DNA of 44,316 bases from a virus, in IMG/VR virus record IMGVR_UViG_3300027822_000004, one strand, 5' to 3'. Made by a program: the position numbers and the translations under genes. Every line of letters starts with the position of its first letter. The first letter of the stretch is position 1. Shown here piece by piece: positions 19,848-29,563 of this stretch. Below the pieces are notes generated by a model that searched no databases, was not told the DNA's origin, and worked only from the letters and a program-made list of their open reading frames with translations.

Positions 19848-21068
19848 TTATACTGTTTCGGTTTCAGTTGCATAACCCATGTTTTTTAAATATTCATTCC
19901 GTGCGCTATCACGAGTTATTTCATTGCCATCTTTATCTTTTAAAACATTTTTTAAATCTTTGTTTAAATTATCAACAGACTCTTTAGCCTTTTTTGATTG
20001 CTTAATTGCCATGTCATAAGCCGCATCAAGGTATGCATCTGATTTATCTTTCAAATCCATATCAGGTGTAACATGTTCCACAACCAATGTTTTAATTTCT
20101 TTATCACAGTTAACGCAATCAGGCATTTTATCACCAAGAATCATTTTTGCTTCTGTAATAAGTTCGGCTCTTTTAGAAACAAGTTCATTAATTTTTTCAT
20201 CAGACAACTTACTTGACTTCAAAGAATCGGCAGTTGCTTTTGCTTTTTCTTTTTCTTTCATTGCCTCTTCTTTTTCCTCATCTGTCTCTTTTACTTTTTT
20301 CTCTAACTCTTTAACCTCTTCATCATGTGCAGATTGCCGATTCATAATAGCCTGTGCAAGCTGCTCATCTTTAACATCATATTTGATGCCATCAATAGTT
20401 ACGATCATGATTTTTTCTCCTTTGTTATGATCTAAAGTTAACTTGCAGGCTGAACCACACCGGCCAGCATCTACAATTGCCAAATGATTTGCTCTAATTT
20501 GTGTTTGAACAAATTCATATTCTTCATCACTCACACTTTTTAAATTATTTTGATAACCAACAGAAACTTCTCTTTTCCCTTTTTTTACTTTACTAATTAA
20601 ATCCTTATCTGTAATAGTGAGTAACCCGGTTAATAATCCATTATCTTCTTTTACATTTGAAACAGTTCCCATCTGTAAATTTTTAACATTATCAAGATTA
20701 ATTATTTCAGAAGGATGATCATCAGTCACAACTAAATTTGTATAACTTGCAACACTATCAGGATGAAATACTTCTTCTGCTGGTCTGTTAATCCCTATCT
20801 TATCCATCAATCGATCTTCAAGACCAAGTTCATAACCCATATAATATTGTATTCCAGTTCGTGCAAGAACAACAGGGGCAGTTAAAAAACCAGTGGTTTT
20901 ATCAATAGTAGCTTTAAAAGGTACACTGTCAGTAATCAAAAACCCTTCATCTTTTACTTTGATTGCTTTACCTACAGCTAAAGCTTTTTCTTTAGCCCCA
21001 GGACCAATAAAACATTTTCCTGATTCTCCCCATTTATAACCACCTTCTCCGCATTCCATTAATGGCAT
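19848..21068 (-). CDS. Prohead protease / scaffold fusion (DUF2213-like)
   Basis: 406 aa. The N-terminal half resembles DUF2213 prohead proteins (VTDDHP, VSVGY, ANHLAIVDAGRCG). The C-terminal half is a charged coiled coil, as in scaffolds. Confidence 0.55.
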   Translation of the reverse strand: MPLMECGEGGYKWGESGKCFIGPGAKEKALAVGKAIKVKDEGFLITDSVPFKATIDKTTGFLTAPVVLARTGIQYYMGYELGLEDRLMDKIGINRPAEEVFHPDSVASYTNLVVTDDHPSEIINLDNVKNLQMGTVSNVKEDNGLLTGLLTITDKDLISKVKKGKREVSVGYQNNLKSVSDEEYEFVQTQIRANHLAIVDAGRCGSACKLTLDHNKGEKIMIVTIDGIKYDVKDEQLAQAIMNRQSAHDEEVKELEKKVKETDEEKEEAMKEKEKAKATADSLKSSKLSDEKINELVSKRAELITEAKMILGDKMPDCVNCDKEIKTLVVEHVTPDMDLKDKSDAYLDAAYDMAIKQSKKAKESVDNLNKDLKNVLKDKDGNEITRDSARNEYLKNMGYATETETV

Positions 21069-21080
21069 TTTTATTGTCTC

Positions 21081-22037
21081 CTAAATGTTTTCAATCTCAA
21101 TAACCGGACTATAACTACACCTGCAATTAATATCAGTTATTCCCGGCTGTATAAATTTTTGGCATTTGGTAGACCATGCACCCTTGGCAATTTCAAATTC
21201 ATCACCATTTAATTCTGCATGGCATGGCCTGACTTTTTCATCTTCACTTGTTCTATATATGCCTTTGGTAATACCCAAAGCCTCAGACCGCCTTAAAGTA
21301 ATTTGACTGTTGATCGTTTGGATTTCATTTCGTGCTATCGTTTTTATTCGTCCAGCCAATGTGCTGTTTGCAGAACCCGTTTTAGCAATAATTTGTTTTT
21401 CAATGGTCGCATAACGAGCGCCACTTGCAACCCCATTATTTACAATCGTTTCAACAGATTTTAAATATTCCTGCGGTAATGACTCAATTAAGGATACGTT
21501 TTTATTTACTTGTAATGCAATAAAATCTTCAAGCCCTTCTGCTTGAATAACCGAACCCAAATCAACTCCTGTAGCTCTATTAACGGTTTTATCAAATCTG
21601 CTTTTATTTGTTTTACCAACTGCCTCAACCATTTGTGAAGCTGCTGATTGTGAAAAACTTGCAACAGCATTCCCGGTAAAAGTAGCGTTTAATTTTTTAA
21701 ATATAACTCCAAGTTGATCACCAATACCATCTATAACATGTGTTTTTGAATCTCTTAATTTAATCCTTGAATCTTTTAAACTTTTATTTAAATCAATTAC
21801 ATCATCATAAATCATTTTAGTCAAGACTTTTAAATCAGAATCAGAAATATCAGCTAATGAATCAGAAACAAATGATGATTGATTTGCTTTTAAATATGAA
21901 AGGACATCTTTTCTAATAGCTGCGACCATAGCAATACCAAACCTGTTAAGCTCTTTTCGGTATTTTACTTCAATACCTTTTTGGCTTTTTACAGGTGATG
22001 CTATTTTTATTTTTTTATTTCGTCTTCTATTCGCCAT
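21081..22037 (-). CDS. Head morphogenesis protein (SPP1 gp7 / Mu F-like)
   Basis: The ARNEIQTINS ... EDEKVRPCHAELNGDEF motif is typical of this family. Follows the portal gene. Confidence 0.7.
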   Translation of the reverse strand: MANRRRNKKIKIASPVKSQKGIEVKYRKELNRFGIAMVAAIRKDVLSYLKANQSSFVSDSLADISDSDLKVLTKMIYDDVIDLNKSLKDSRIKLRDSKTHVIDGIGDQLGVIFKKLNATFTGNAVASFSQSAASQMVEAVGKTNKSRFDKTVNRATGVDLGSVIQAEGLEDFIALQVNKNVSLIESLPQEYLKSVETIVNNGVASGARYATIEKQIIAKTGSANSTLAGRIKTIARNEIQTINSQITLRRSEALGITKGIYRTSEDEKVRPCHAELNGDEFEIAKGAWSTKCQKFIQPGITDINCRCSYSPVIEIENI

Positions 22038-23412
22038 TCTCTTCTATCTCTTCTACATCTTCAGGATCAACAATTTCTAATTCATTCTCTTCTTCCTCTT
22101 CTTTAAATTCCAATTCTTCAAGTTTTTTTTCTTCTTCAACCCGGTTTTCATCAATTGAAATATATGTTCCATTTTCCGCAAGCTCTGCCATAGAGTCTGA
22201 TGGTTCAATTATCCCTTCACCTAAATATATCTGATCACGTTGTGCATTCTTTAAATTCACTTCAGCTTGTTCGGCTTCAGTCAATTGTTTAAGAGGTTTA
22301 AATTCATATTCAAACTCTTCTAATCCCAAAGATGAAACTATGATATTATCCATCCAATCAATGGCTGGTCGTAAATCATTTTCTTGACTCGATTGAACAT
22401 TATCATAATAATTCAGCATATCACTTTCACCAGTAGAGTTTTGACCACCTGGGGAAATTCCTAAAAGCCTTGTAACTGGAATATCATATGCACCGGAGAC
22501 TTTTTGAATAAATCGATCATCAATTTGTGGTAATTGCATAAATGAATTTGTTTTCTTATCATATTCATCTTCTTTATCAAGGGCAACTGCATTTATAATG
22601 CTTTTCATTTCATGAGCAAGCTTTAATCTATTTATTACAATATTATCTTTTTGTTCTGCAACTAAAGCATTTAAACCATTGATTCTATATACATCAACAT
22701 TTGATTCATATACTAAATTAGAAATTGATTGTGATACAACTCCACTATCAGTGATCTGTTCAAGACCTCTTGAATAAATAGAAGTACCCCAATAATTATT
22801 TTGTTCTGTTTCTCTAATGGTAGTCAAATCACCATCTATTTTAAATAACCTTGTATGATGAATATGCTGACCACCACGAACAACAGTATAAAATTCAGGC
22901 TTTCCAAAATTACTTGATAATATATCCCGGTTTATAATCTCAGGATAAATATTATATCTATCAAGAACAATAAAATTTTTGAGTGATTCAGACCGAATGT
23001 TTTCTATATTTAAAGGTTGTTCAAGATCTTCTCCTTCTATAATAGAAATTATTACCGATCCTCCGAAAACCCTGGCCCATTTAAAAGCTAAATTTATATT
23101 CCCCTTGACATCAAACTCTTTTAATGAACCCTCAACCTCTTTCTTTTTATCTGCATCTGGGATTAAGAGTGTTCTCCACTTTCGAGTACCATCGTCAATA
23201 GGAACATCGACAACTTTTCGAGCTAACCAATTATAAGTATAAAGATTATTAGCAAGCTCTTGATCAATTCTAATTCCCATTTGATAGGTAGTAAATTCAC
23301 GGCCATCTTTAGATGTTCCCAATCCTTTTACAACGTTTTTAAAACCGTCTTCAGAATATTTTGAAAAAAGAATTATGTTAGAATTTGAATCATGAGTTAT
23401 TTTAGATTTCAT
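22027..23412 (-). CDS. Portal protein
   Basis: 461 aa with an acidic C-terminal tail. Position upstream of the F-like head morphogenesis gene. Confidence 0.7.
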   Translation of the reverse strand: MKSKITHDSNSNIILFSKYSEDGFKNVVKGLGTSKDGREFTTYQMGIRIDQELANNLYTYNWLARKVVDVPIDDGTRKWRTLLIPDADKKKEVEGSLKEFDVKGNINLAFKWARVFGGSVIISIIEGEDLEQPLNIENIRSESLKNFIVLDRYNIYPEIINRDILSSNFGKPEFYTVVRGGQHIHHTRLFKIDGDLTTIRETEQNNYWGTSIYSRGLEQITDSGVVSQSISNLVYESNVDVYRINGLNALVAEQKDNIVINRLKLAHEMKSIINAVALDKEDEYDKKTNSFMQLPQIDDRFIQKVSGAYDIPVTRLLGISPGGQNSTGESDMLNYYDNVQSSQENDLRPAIDWMDNIIVSSLGLEEFEYEFKPLKQLTEAEQAEVNLKNAQRDQIYLGEGIIEPSDSMAELAENGTYISIDENRVEEEKKLEELEFKEEEEENELEIVDPEDVEEIEENGE

Positions 23413-23421
23413 AATATATCC

Positions 23422-25227
23422 TTATAAATCAATCAAGGTCGAAAAACTTTGTGTTCCATTATCTCTTACACGTTTTTTTACAGAGTAATTAAGCCCTGTA
23501 CCTGTAAATTTAAATTCATATCCAGAAGTAGGAACCATATTGTCATTTTCAGTTAATGATAATTCCCAATACCCCTTTGAACTTGTAGTTGTAATAATTG
23601 CTTCCATTGACTCTAAAATTTCTTGATTATAGATTGAATTAAAAGTAAGTTCAGCACTTACATTAATTCCTGATAATGGTTCCCCATTAGAATCATATAT
23701 ATAGCCAAAAATAAGAACCTGATTCGGATCTTTTGGAAATGCTCCTTGAAAACTATAATCAAAAGTAATTGAAGTAATACTTGGGGTGCTACTTCCATCA
23801 TCACTATGTAAAAAGATAACAGGTTTATATTCTTTACCATTTAACATATTAAGGGATGAAATATTACTACTGACTAAGGATAATAAATCAGCATGATCAT
23901 AACCATCACTATCAGCCCAAGATACCCCGTTATAATATTTTTCTATGTCATTTATACTTTGAGTAAATTTAATATTATCACTTCCTGCAATTTCCATTAT
24001 AGCAGAAAATGAAGTAACACCTTTTACCAATAAAGGATCTTTAGGCTTTACTTTTGGATTATTTGTTGAATATATTTGTCCTGTATAATCTAAAGTTAAA
24101 TTATCAATATACATTCCTGAATTAGAGCTTAAAAACCTAAATTTAATAGTAATATTATCAACAGGTAAAAATGCTGATAAATTTGTTGCAACTTCAGCAG
24201 AAGTGTTCATTTGTAAATAACTATCATCACTTGTGGCCCAAAATGCACCGTTCCAATATTTACCATTTATATTAAATTTAACAGCACCCATTAAAGTTGT
24301 TACAAAATCAGTAAAAGCTTGAAGACTTCCCTGACCAGAATAACTAAATGTTGGCATAGTAATAATATCTTCAAGATATTTAGTTTCCGATAAAGTATAG
24401 CCAGCCGTATAATCCGCAGTATGTTGGGCTGAATCAAATACAATTAAATCATCAATTTTAAAATCAGAATTTAATGCAGCGAATTTATCCGAACCAATTC
24501 TTAATACTGCTGCTGCCGTTCTTGTAGCGGTACTTGTATTTGTTGATCCATGTTGGTTTCCATTAATAAATAATCGAGTCGCACCTGTGGTTAAATCCCA
24601 ATTTAACTCAAATTCATATTCTACATCAATAGTTGGTTGCCATACTCCTAAAGTGCTTGTAGTAATAGCTACACCAGAACTATCATACATTATAAGAATT
24701 AAGCCACCATCACTTGATCGATGTCTTATTTCTATTCTATTATCATCAACTCCAATAGTCCCCAAGAAAAAAATAGCAAAATTAGTTGCAGGACTATTAT
24801 CATAATTTGGTATATATTTAAATTTTATTGCACCTTCTTGAGTGTTATCTGCATTATTAAGAGCAGCATAATCAACATATCTCACATCATTATGTGCAAG
24901 ATCAAGAACACCTGAATTGACAGCAGCCCCACCACTTCCTGTTCCTGTTGCTACACCGTTAGATTGGGTCAGATTTAAATCAGAAGTATATTTAGCATAA
25001 CATGTTGCATTAAGTGGTATTTGCTCTTTTTGTTTGCATTGTCCAGATTCAATTTTAGTTCTATCTGAATCAAATATAAAACCAGTATCAGAAGTAAAGG
25101 TTTGTTCAAAAACACCTGTTAAATCGTCAATTAATTTTAACTGTAATTTATTATTTACAATCTCTACTTCTGGCGGCAAGTCCCAATTATTTGGGTCAGT
25201 AAAATCTAATGTTTTTTCTAAAGTCAT
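23422..25227 (-). CDS. LamG/concanavalin-like lectin-domain protein with C-terminal prealbumin-like beta-sandwich
   Basis: 601 aa. The segment AIKFKYIPNY...IEIRHRSSDGGLILIMYDSSG...YEFELNWDLTTGATRLFINGNQHG...LRIGSD...IDDLIVFD resembles a Laminin_G_3 fold. The C-terminal VLIFGYIYDSNGEPLSGINVSAEL resembles carboxypeptidase-regulatory-like domains. Confidence 0.45.
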   Translation of the reverse strand: MTLEKTLDFTDPNNWDLPPEVEIVNNKLQLKLIDDLTGVFEQTFTSDTGFIFDSDRTKIESGQCKQKEQIPLNATCYAKYTSDLNLTQSNGVATGTGSGGAAVNSGVLDLAHNDVRYVDYAALNNADNTQEGAIKFKYIPNYDNSPATNFAIFFLGTIGVDDNRIEIRHRSSDGGLILIMYDSSGVAITTSTLGVWQPTIDVEYEFELNWDLTTGATRLFINGNQHGSTNTSTATRTAAAVLRIGSDKFAALNSDFKIDDLIVFDSAQHTADYTAGYTLSETKYLEDIITMPTFSYSGQGSLQAFTDFVTTLMGAVKFNINGKYWNGAFWATSDDSYLQMNTSAEVATNLSAFLPVDNITIKFRFLSSNSGMYIDNLTLDYTGQIYSTNNPKVKPKDPLLVKGVTSFSAIMEIAGSDNIKFTQSINDIEKYYNGVSWADSDGYDHADLLSLVSSNISSLNMLNGKEYKPVIFLHSDDGSSTPSITSITFDYSFQGAFPKDPNQVLIFGYIYDSNGEPLSGINVSAELTFNSIYNQEILESMEAIITTTSSKGYWELSLTENDNMVPTSGYEFKFTGTGLNYSVKKRVRDNGTQSFSTLIDL

Positions 25228-25246
25228 ATATATATTCTCCTAAATA

Positions 25247-25765
25247 CTATCGATCATATTCATGTATTCCAAAATAAAAATTAAGTAATGGCCCATTTCC
25301 TCCAATACAAATACATCTTGCCCAAAGTTTTTCTTGTGCGTTTGATCTACGGTCAATTACCGCTTGTATTCCAGCATCATTATTATTTGTTGCGGCTACA
25401 TATATAAATTCTGTTACTTCTTCTGCTGCAAGTTTTGTAACAATGTTTGATGATTCTCCGCTTATTATTTGGATGCCAAATGGTAATGTAGAGTTTGAAT
25501 TAATAACAATAATTCTATGTGCATCATATTTTGTTTTTCCTGATCCAACTGGAGTATCATCGCTTCCTAATATTTGTACCCAGGAACCAAAAGCATTATT
25601 TCCTGAAACAAGTTGAAAAGTAGAAGCATTCAAACCAACTCTATCAGCTATATGGGCTTCCCCACTTGGCACTCCTGCTGCACCAAACCATTTTTCATAA
25701 TTATGAAGATGTTTTTCTATCTCAAAAACTTCTTGAGCAATTTTTGAACCGTTGCCTATCATCAT
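25247..25765 (-). CDS. Hypothetical protein, paralog A of a tandem pair
   Basis: 172 aa. Shares MIGNG at the N-terminus, a YDAHRI / FDLHWI block and a C-terminal FGIHEY / FEGHFY block with 25771-26277. Confidence 0.5.
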   Translation of the reverse strand: MMIGNGSKIAQEVFEIEKHLHNYEKWFGAAGVPSGEAHIADRVGLNASTFQLVSGNNAFGSWVQILGSDDTPVGSGKTKYDAHRIIVINSNSTLPFGIQIISGESSNIVTKLAAEEVTEFIYVAATNNNDAGIQAVIDRRSNAQEKLWARCICIGGNGPLLNFYFGIHEYDR

Positions 25766-25770
25766 ATTAC

Positions 25771-26277
25771 CTATGCGTAAAAATGACCTTCAAAAGAAAC
25801 CGCACAAGTTAAAACTCCACCTGTAGAATCTGACAATCTACAAGAAATTCTTTCCCCTGCTACCTGTTGCGGTATTTGTATTCTATTTGCATTTTCTCTT
25901 GATTGATTTGTGTTTCTTTGACTTCTGGTTGCTCCAATTCTTACTTCTGATAATGCAGCACCTTTAAAAATATCAACCTGAATTTCTCCATTTCCTGAAA
26001 TTGCAGATAAATTAATCCAATGCAAATCAAATGCTGAAGTTATTAAAGTGCTGGCTGGAATTACTTCTGTAATAGCTCCAGTTAAATTCCATGCTCCTGC
26101 TCCTGCTGTCAATAATATAGAATCATCGTGATCGGGGTAAACAAATGATTGTCCATGTACATGATAATATGAAGTATTCAAATGATCCATAATTTGATTA
26201 GCACCAAAGACATAAGGTACATTAACAAAACCATTTAATGGCCCAATATTATTTATATAGTTTCCATTCCCTATCAT
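25771..26277 (-). CDS. Hypothetical protein, paralog B of a tandem pair
   Basis: 168 aa. See the paralog motifs listed for 25247-25765. Confidence 0.5.
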   Translation of the reverse strand: MIGNGNYINNIGPLNGFVNVPYVFGANQIMDHLNTSYYHVHGQSFVYPDHDDSILLTAGAGAWNLTGAITEVIPASTLITSAFDLHWINLSAISGNGEIQVDIFKGAALSEVRIGATRSQRNTNQSRENANRIQIPQQVAGERISCRLSDSTGGVLTCAVSFEGHFYA

Positions 26278-26546
26278 AAATCAACCCTCACTCTTCCATT
26301 TTCTTCAACACACCAAATATAAACATCAATAGCTGCAACACTTGATATCAATTCAGTTAATTCATTATCAACAAATATTGCAATACCTTCATTTTTATTT
26401 GATGGGGCAGGATTTCCAGTCATTCGATAAGTATGCAAATACTCATTTGGTTGCTCAAATAATTTATGAACCTGTCCTGTAGTTACATTTGTTGCTACTA
26501 CTTTCCATGAACCTTTTGGTATATCAACTATTACTGGATCAGCCAT
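26274..26546 (-). CDS. Hypothetical protein
   Basis: 90-aa ORF directly downstream of TerL. ATGA-type overlap with the next gene. Confidence 0.45.
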   Translation of the reverse strand: MADPVIVDIPKGSWKVVATNVTTGQVHKLFEQPNEYLHTYRMTGNPAPSNKNEGIAIFVDNELTELISSVAAIDVYIWCVEENGRVRVDL

Positions 26547-26567
26547 TTTTACTTCTCCTTACTTGTT

Positions 26568-28064
26568 TTAATCATCCGCACTCATAGCCGCTTCTAAAGA
26601 ATTTACTGTATTTTTGTTTATAAAGGTCACTTCAATAGCAGTCATTAAAGTATCAATATCATCATCAAACTCACCATTTGGGAATTCTCTCGCTTCTTTA
26701 GTTAAGTTTTCTGTACCATTAACAGAAGTGCTTATTACTACTTTTCCCGCTTCAACATATGGGCTTGCATCTTCAGCCCTGAATACTTTATCAGTAGACC
26801 TTTCAACTCCAATAACCTTCACATTTTTCCGTTTTAATTCTTGAAGTAAACCAGCTCCACTTGATTTTTTTTCAATATACATGCCACGCAAAGTAGGATC
26901 ACCAACATTTAAGCGGGGTGTATTATGCTTTTGATAAAACATCTCAGCTTCACGCCTTAATTCAGGAGCTTCAAACTTTTCTCTTACTTTATCAAGCAAG
27001 TATATTTTATCATCAATTCCATAACCCCATGCTTGAAATATGGTCCAATCATTTTGAGTTTTTGTTTCTTGTGCTGTATCAGCGGTTATAAATTTATATT
27101 TTAATTGCGGTAATACTCCATCTTTATACCATTGCCACCATTTATCTTTGAATAAATTGCCACCTGATACAGTCGGGTTTCCTTGATATAATGACTCAAA
27201 ACTTGAAGCTGCCATTAACTCTTTTTTCCCTTCTAAAAAATCAAGTGATTTTAATTGTGGAAAAAGAGCCTGTCCTTCTCTTCTATGCTCCTCATCTTTT
27301 GTTGCAATTGCTTGATAATTTACAAGCTTATACTTTGACTTATCGATCTTATCTACTAACCTTGCAATAACATCATGGGTAGTCCATCGAGTCATTATAA
27401 TAAGCAATCCACCCTTATCACTAAAACGAGTCTGAAAATCATCTGTGAACCATTCCCAAATTTTCTGACTCCAAGTAATACTACTGGCTTGTTCACGACC
27501 TTTAACAGCATCATCAATGATCCCTAAATCAAGAGTTTCACCAGTAATTGGCCCGCCAGTTGTAGTGTTTCTAAACTGGCCATCAGTTACATTTCCATTT
27601 GAATCAATGAACTCAAGATGTTTTGTAGTTCGTATTGCTTCACCTCTTCTACTACTAAGCTTTATATCAGAGAATATTTTTTGATATTTTAAACTGTCCA
27701 TTTGCCTTTGAACAGATAAATTACATCTTACACCTAATGTATCAGAATATGTACCATATATTGTTCTTAATTCAGGCCAAATCCCACTTATCCAACTAAT
27801 GAAGTCAGCAACAGTCCATGATTTCCCATGCTGTGGAGGAGACTGAATAAGCAGGATTGGCCTTCTTTCCTTTTTTAATTCAACATAAAATTGCTGAAAC
27901 TGTTTGCAAAGATCAACTATAAACCAATTTTGTAGAAACTTTTCATTCCGCATAAACATGCGATAGGCAAGAAAGTTTCTTCTTGATTTTTGAATCCACC
28001 AATCCTCTAAAAGATCGATGTCTTCTGAAGTGTAATCTTGTATTTTTTTAAGTGGTTTTTGCAT
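26568..28064 (-). CDS. terL: Terminase large subunit
   Basis: 498 aa. Has a P-loop-like QSPPQHGKSW motif, a Walker B-like LDLGIIDD motif, and a C-terminal RNaseH-like nuclease region (ITADTAQ, DDDIDTLM). Confidence 0.8.
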   Translation of the reverse strand: MQKPLKKIQDYTSEDIDLLEDWWIQKSRRNFLAYRMFMRNEKFLQNWFIVDLCKQFQQFYVELKKERRPILLIQSPPQHGKSWTVADFISWISGIWPELRTIYGTYSDTLGVRCNLSVQRQMDSLKYQKIFSDIKLSSRRGEAIRTTKHLEFIDSNGNVTDGQFRNTTTGGPITGETLDLGIIDDAVKGREQASSITWSQKIWEWFTDDFQTRFSDKGGLLIIMTRWTTHDVIARLVDKIDKSKYKLVNYQAIATKDEEHRREGQALFPQLKSLDFLEGKKELMAASSFESLYQGNPTVSGGNLFKDKWWQWYKDGVLPQLKYKFITADTAQETKTQNDWTIFQAWGYGIDDKIYLLDKVREKFEAPELRREAEMFYQKHNTPRLNVGDPTLRGMYIEKKSSGAGLLQELKRKNVKVIGVERSTDKVFRAEDASPYVEAGKVVISTSVNGTENLTKEAREFPNGEFDDDIDTLMTAIEVTFINKNTVNSLEAAMSADD

Positions 28065-28197
28065 CTTCTTTTTTATCAGGAAGACCCCATTTTTTTAAAA
28101 TTGAAAGAGCCGTTTCTGCTTCATTGTAAGTATTAATTCCCTCAACTCTTTCTTTTACTTCAGTATCACCTACTTTTTTAGTTCTTTCTATATTCAT
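28048..28197 (-). CDS. Small hypothetical protein (49 aa, below the ORF-track cutoff)
   Basis: Hand-translated as MNIERTKKVGDTEVKERVEGINTYNEAETALSILKKWGLPDKKEDAKTT. GGAGG lies 6 nt upstream of the ATG. Overlaps the terL start by 17 nt. Confidence 0.4.
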   Translation of the reverse strand: MNIERTKKVGDTEVKERVEGINTYNEAETALSILKKWGLPDKKEDAKTT

Positions 28198-28224
28198 TTT
28201 TAACCTCCACATTAAAAATTAAAG

Positions 28225-28301
28225 AGGCTGACTAATCAATATATGATTAAAGGCTATTATCTATTAGTTGTTCCCATATCTTCTAATCAATTAGTCAACC
28301 T
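28225..28301. repeat. 12-bp imperfect inverted repeat (aggctgactaat / attagtcaacct) flanking a ~53-nt spacer
   Basis: 28225-28236 pairs with 28290-28301 (one G-U position on the minus-strand RNA). The direct repeat attgattag occurs twice on the minus strand. Confidence 0.5.
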
Positions 28302-28455
28302 TTTTAATGCTTAATACTTCTCTTAATATTTCCTTTTTCATTTCATTAATATACTGCTCAACCCTTATTATAATAATTTCTGTTACTTCAGGAAGATTAA
28401 TCTTTAATCCCCTCTTTTTAAAATCATCATTTATTATTTTAATTAATTCAGTCAT
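28291..28455 (-). CDS. Small hypothetical protein (54 aa); doubtful
   Basis: Hand-translated as MTELIKIINDDFKKRGLKINLPEVTEIIIIRVEQYINEMKKEILREVLSIKKVD. No Shine-Dalgarno site upstream. Confidence 0.25.
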   Translation of the reverse strand: MTELIKIINDDFKKRGLKINLPEVTEIIIIRVEQYINEMKKEILREVLSIKKVD

Positions 28456-28468
28456 AATAATTTAAGTT

Positions 28469-28537
28469 ATACCCCAGGAAGTCTGGCCAACTTCCCAGGG
28501 TATCGGACCACCCACACGCACCCAAGGAGGATTGGGT
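28469..28537 (-). other. Two adjacent GC-rich hairpins in an AT-rich context (structured RNA or packaging/regulatory site)
   Basis: Hairpin 1 is 28469-28503: ataccc-ca-ggaagt / loop ctggcca / acttcc-ca-gggtat. Hairpin 2 is 28520-28537: acccaa / ggagga / ttgggt. No U-tract follows on either strand. Confidence 0.4.
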
Positions 28538-28689
28538 CAATCAAGAAGTAGTTTTGGAAAAGTAAAAATAGCAATAAACTTTTCCTTTTTTGTCATTGGA
28601 TAATTCTTTGACTTTTTTCTCATAACAATAAATCCGATCATACAATACACTATAAAAAAGAATAATAAAAAATATAAAAAAGACTCCAT
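28537..28689 (-). CDS. Small single-pass membrane protein (50 aa)
   Basis: Hand-translated as MESFLYFLLFFFIVYCMIGFIVMRKKSKNYPMTKKEKFIAIFTFPKLLLD. Its start overlaps the stop of the upstream gene by 1 nt. Confidence 0.35.
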   Translation of the reverse strand: MESFLYFLLFFFIVYCMIGFIVMRKKSKNYPMTKKEKFIAIFTFPKLLLD

Positions 28690-29132
28690 TATTTACCTCC
28701 TTTAAAACTGTCTATAAGCCCAACCCCTACCTTGAGCGCTCCATAATACCCGAAGTAAAAATAAAAAATAAAGGCTACATGGGCATCTAAACTGTTTGCC
28801 ATGTTCAACCATATGACCGATACCTCTTTTAAAGGTTTATACCAAATACTCCCCGTTTCTAAAAGACTTCCAACCCAAAGCGGTATCAAATAAGAACCAG
28901 TAAAAGCGAATGCAATAATTCGCCTGGATAGAGACTTACCGGCATCATTATATTGATTGATAATAGTAGACATATTCATATTATCTTTAATATAATTTCT
29001 GATACCCTCTGCTTTTTCCTGGGAAGTATGAAACATTTTGTCAATAAACGTACCCGAATGATCCGCTACCTTACCAACGGTTTTTACTGCTTCCGTTACG
29101 GTATCCCCTGTAAGTATTTTCCACCAACTCAT
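28689..29132 (-). CDS. Multi-pass membrane protein, holin-like (3-TM type)
   Basis: 147 aa. Soluble N-terminal half followed by three hydrophobic segments (IIAFAFTGSYLIPLWVGSLL, VSVIWLNMA, VAFIFYFYFGYYGALKVGVGLI). Confidence 0.4.
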   Translation of the reverse strand: MSWWKILTGDTVTEAVKTVGKVADHSGTFIDKMFHTSQEKAEGIRNYIKDNMNMSTIINQYNDAGKSLSRRIIAFAFTGSYLIPLWVGSLLETGSIWYKPLKEVSVIWLNMANSLDAHVAFIFYFYFGYYGALKVGVGLIDSFKGGK

Positions 29133-29446
29133 GGCATCACCTTTAATATTTTTGCTTTGTTTACACTTATAATTCTAACTCCCGGTATAGGTGGATATAT
29201 AAATTCATATTTTGTTTTCACTTCTTCTGCTGGCTCTTTCGCTTTTACTTTAGATAATGGAGTTAAATTTGACATCCATGCAAAAAGAATAATAGCAACA
29301 AACCCAAAGACTACTTTCTGTAATAAGCTAATTTTATTTTCATGAACAGCACAAGGTAAACATTCAACTTTTTCTTTTATACTTTTTACATCTTCTAAAA
29401 TAGTTTTTTGTTGAACTCCAATTTCGATTAAAAATTTATCATCCAT
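29129..29446 (-). CDS. Single-pass membrane protein
   Basis: 105 aa with one TM segment (VVFGFVAIILFAWM). ATGA overlap with the next gene. Confidence 0.4.
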   Translation of the reverse strand: MDDKFLIEIGVQQKTILEDVKSIKEKVECLPCAVHENKISLLQKVVFGFVAIILFAWMSNLTPLSKVKAKEPAEEVKTKYEFIYPPIPGVRIISVNKAKILKVMP

Positions 29447-29563
29447 AACAACCTCTTAATACATTAGATTCATTATTTAAACTCTTTTAAAAAATTTAAA
29501 AAGACTATCATAAAAAAGATTATAATTATATAATTAAGAATTACCTTAATTTTTATTAATTCT

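Noticed and set aside
28469-28537. GC-rich hairpin pair considered as a tRNA gene.
   Set aside because: No 7-bp acceptor pairing between the ends, no T-loop (TTCRA) and no cloverleaf can be drawn on either strand. It is kept only as an unexplained structured element.
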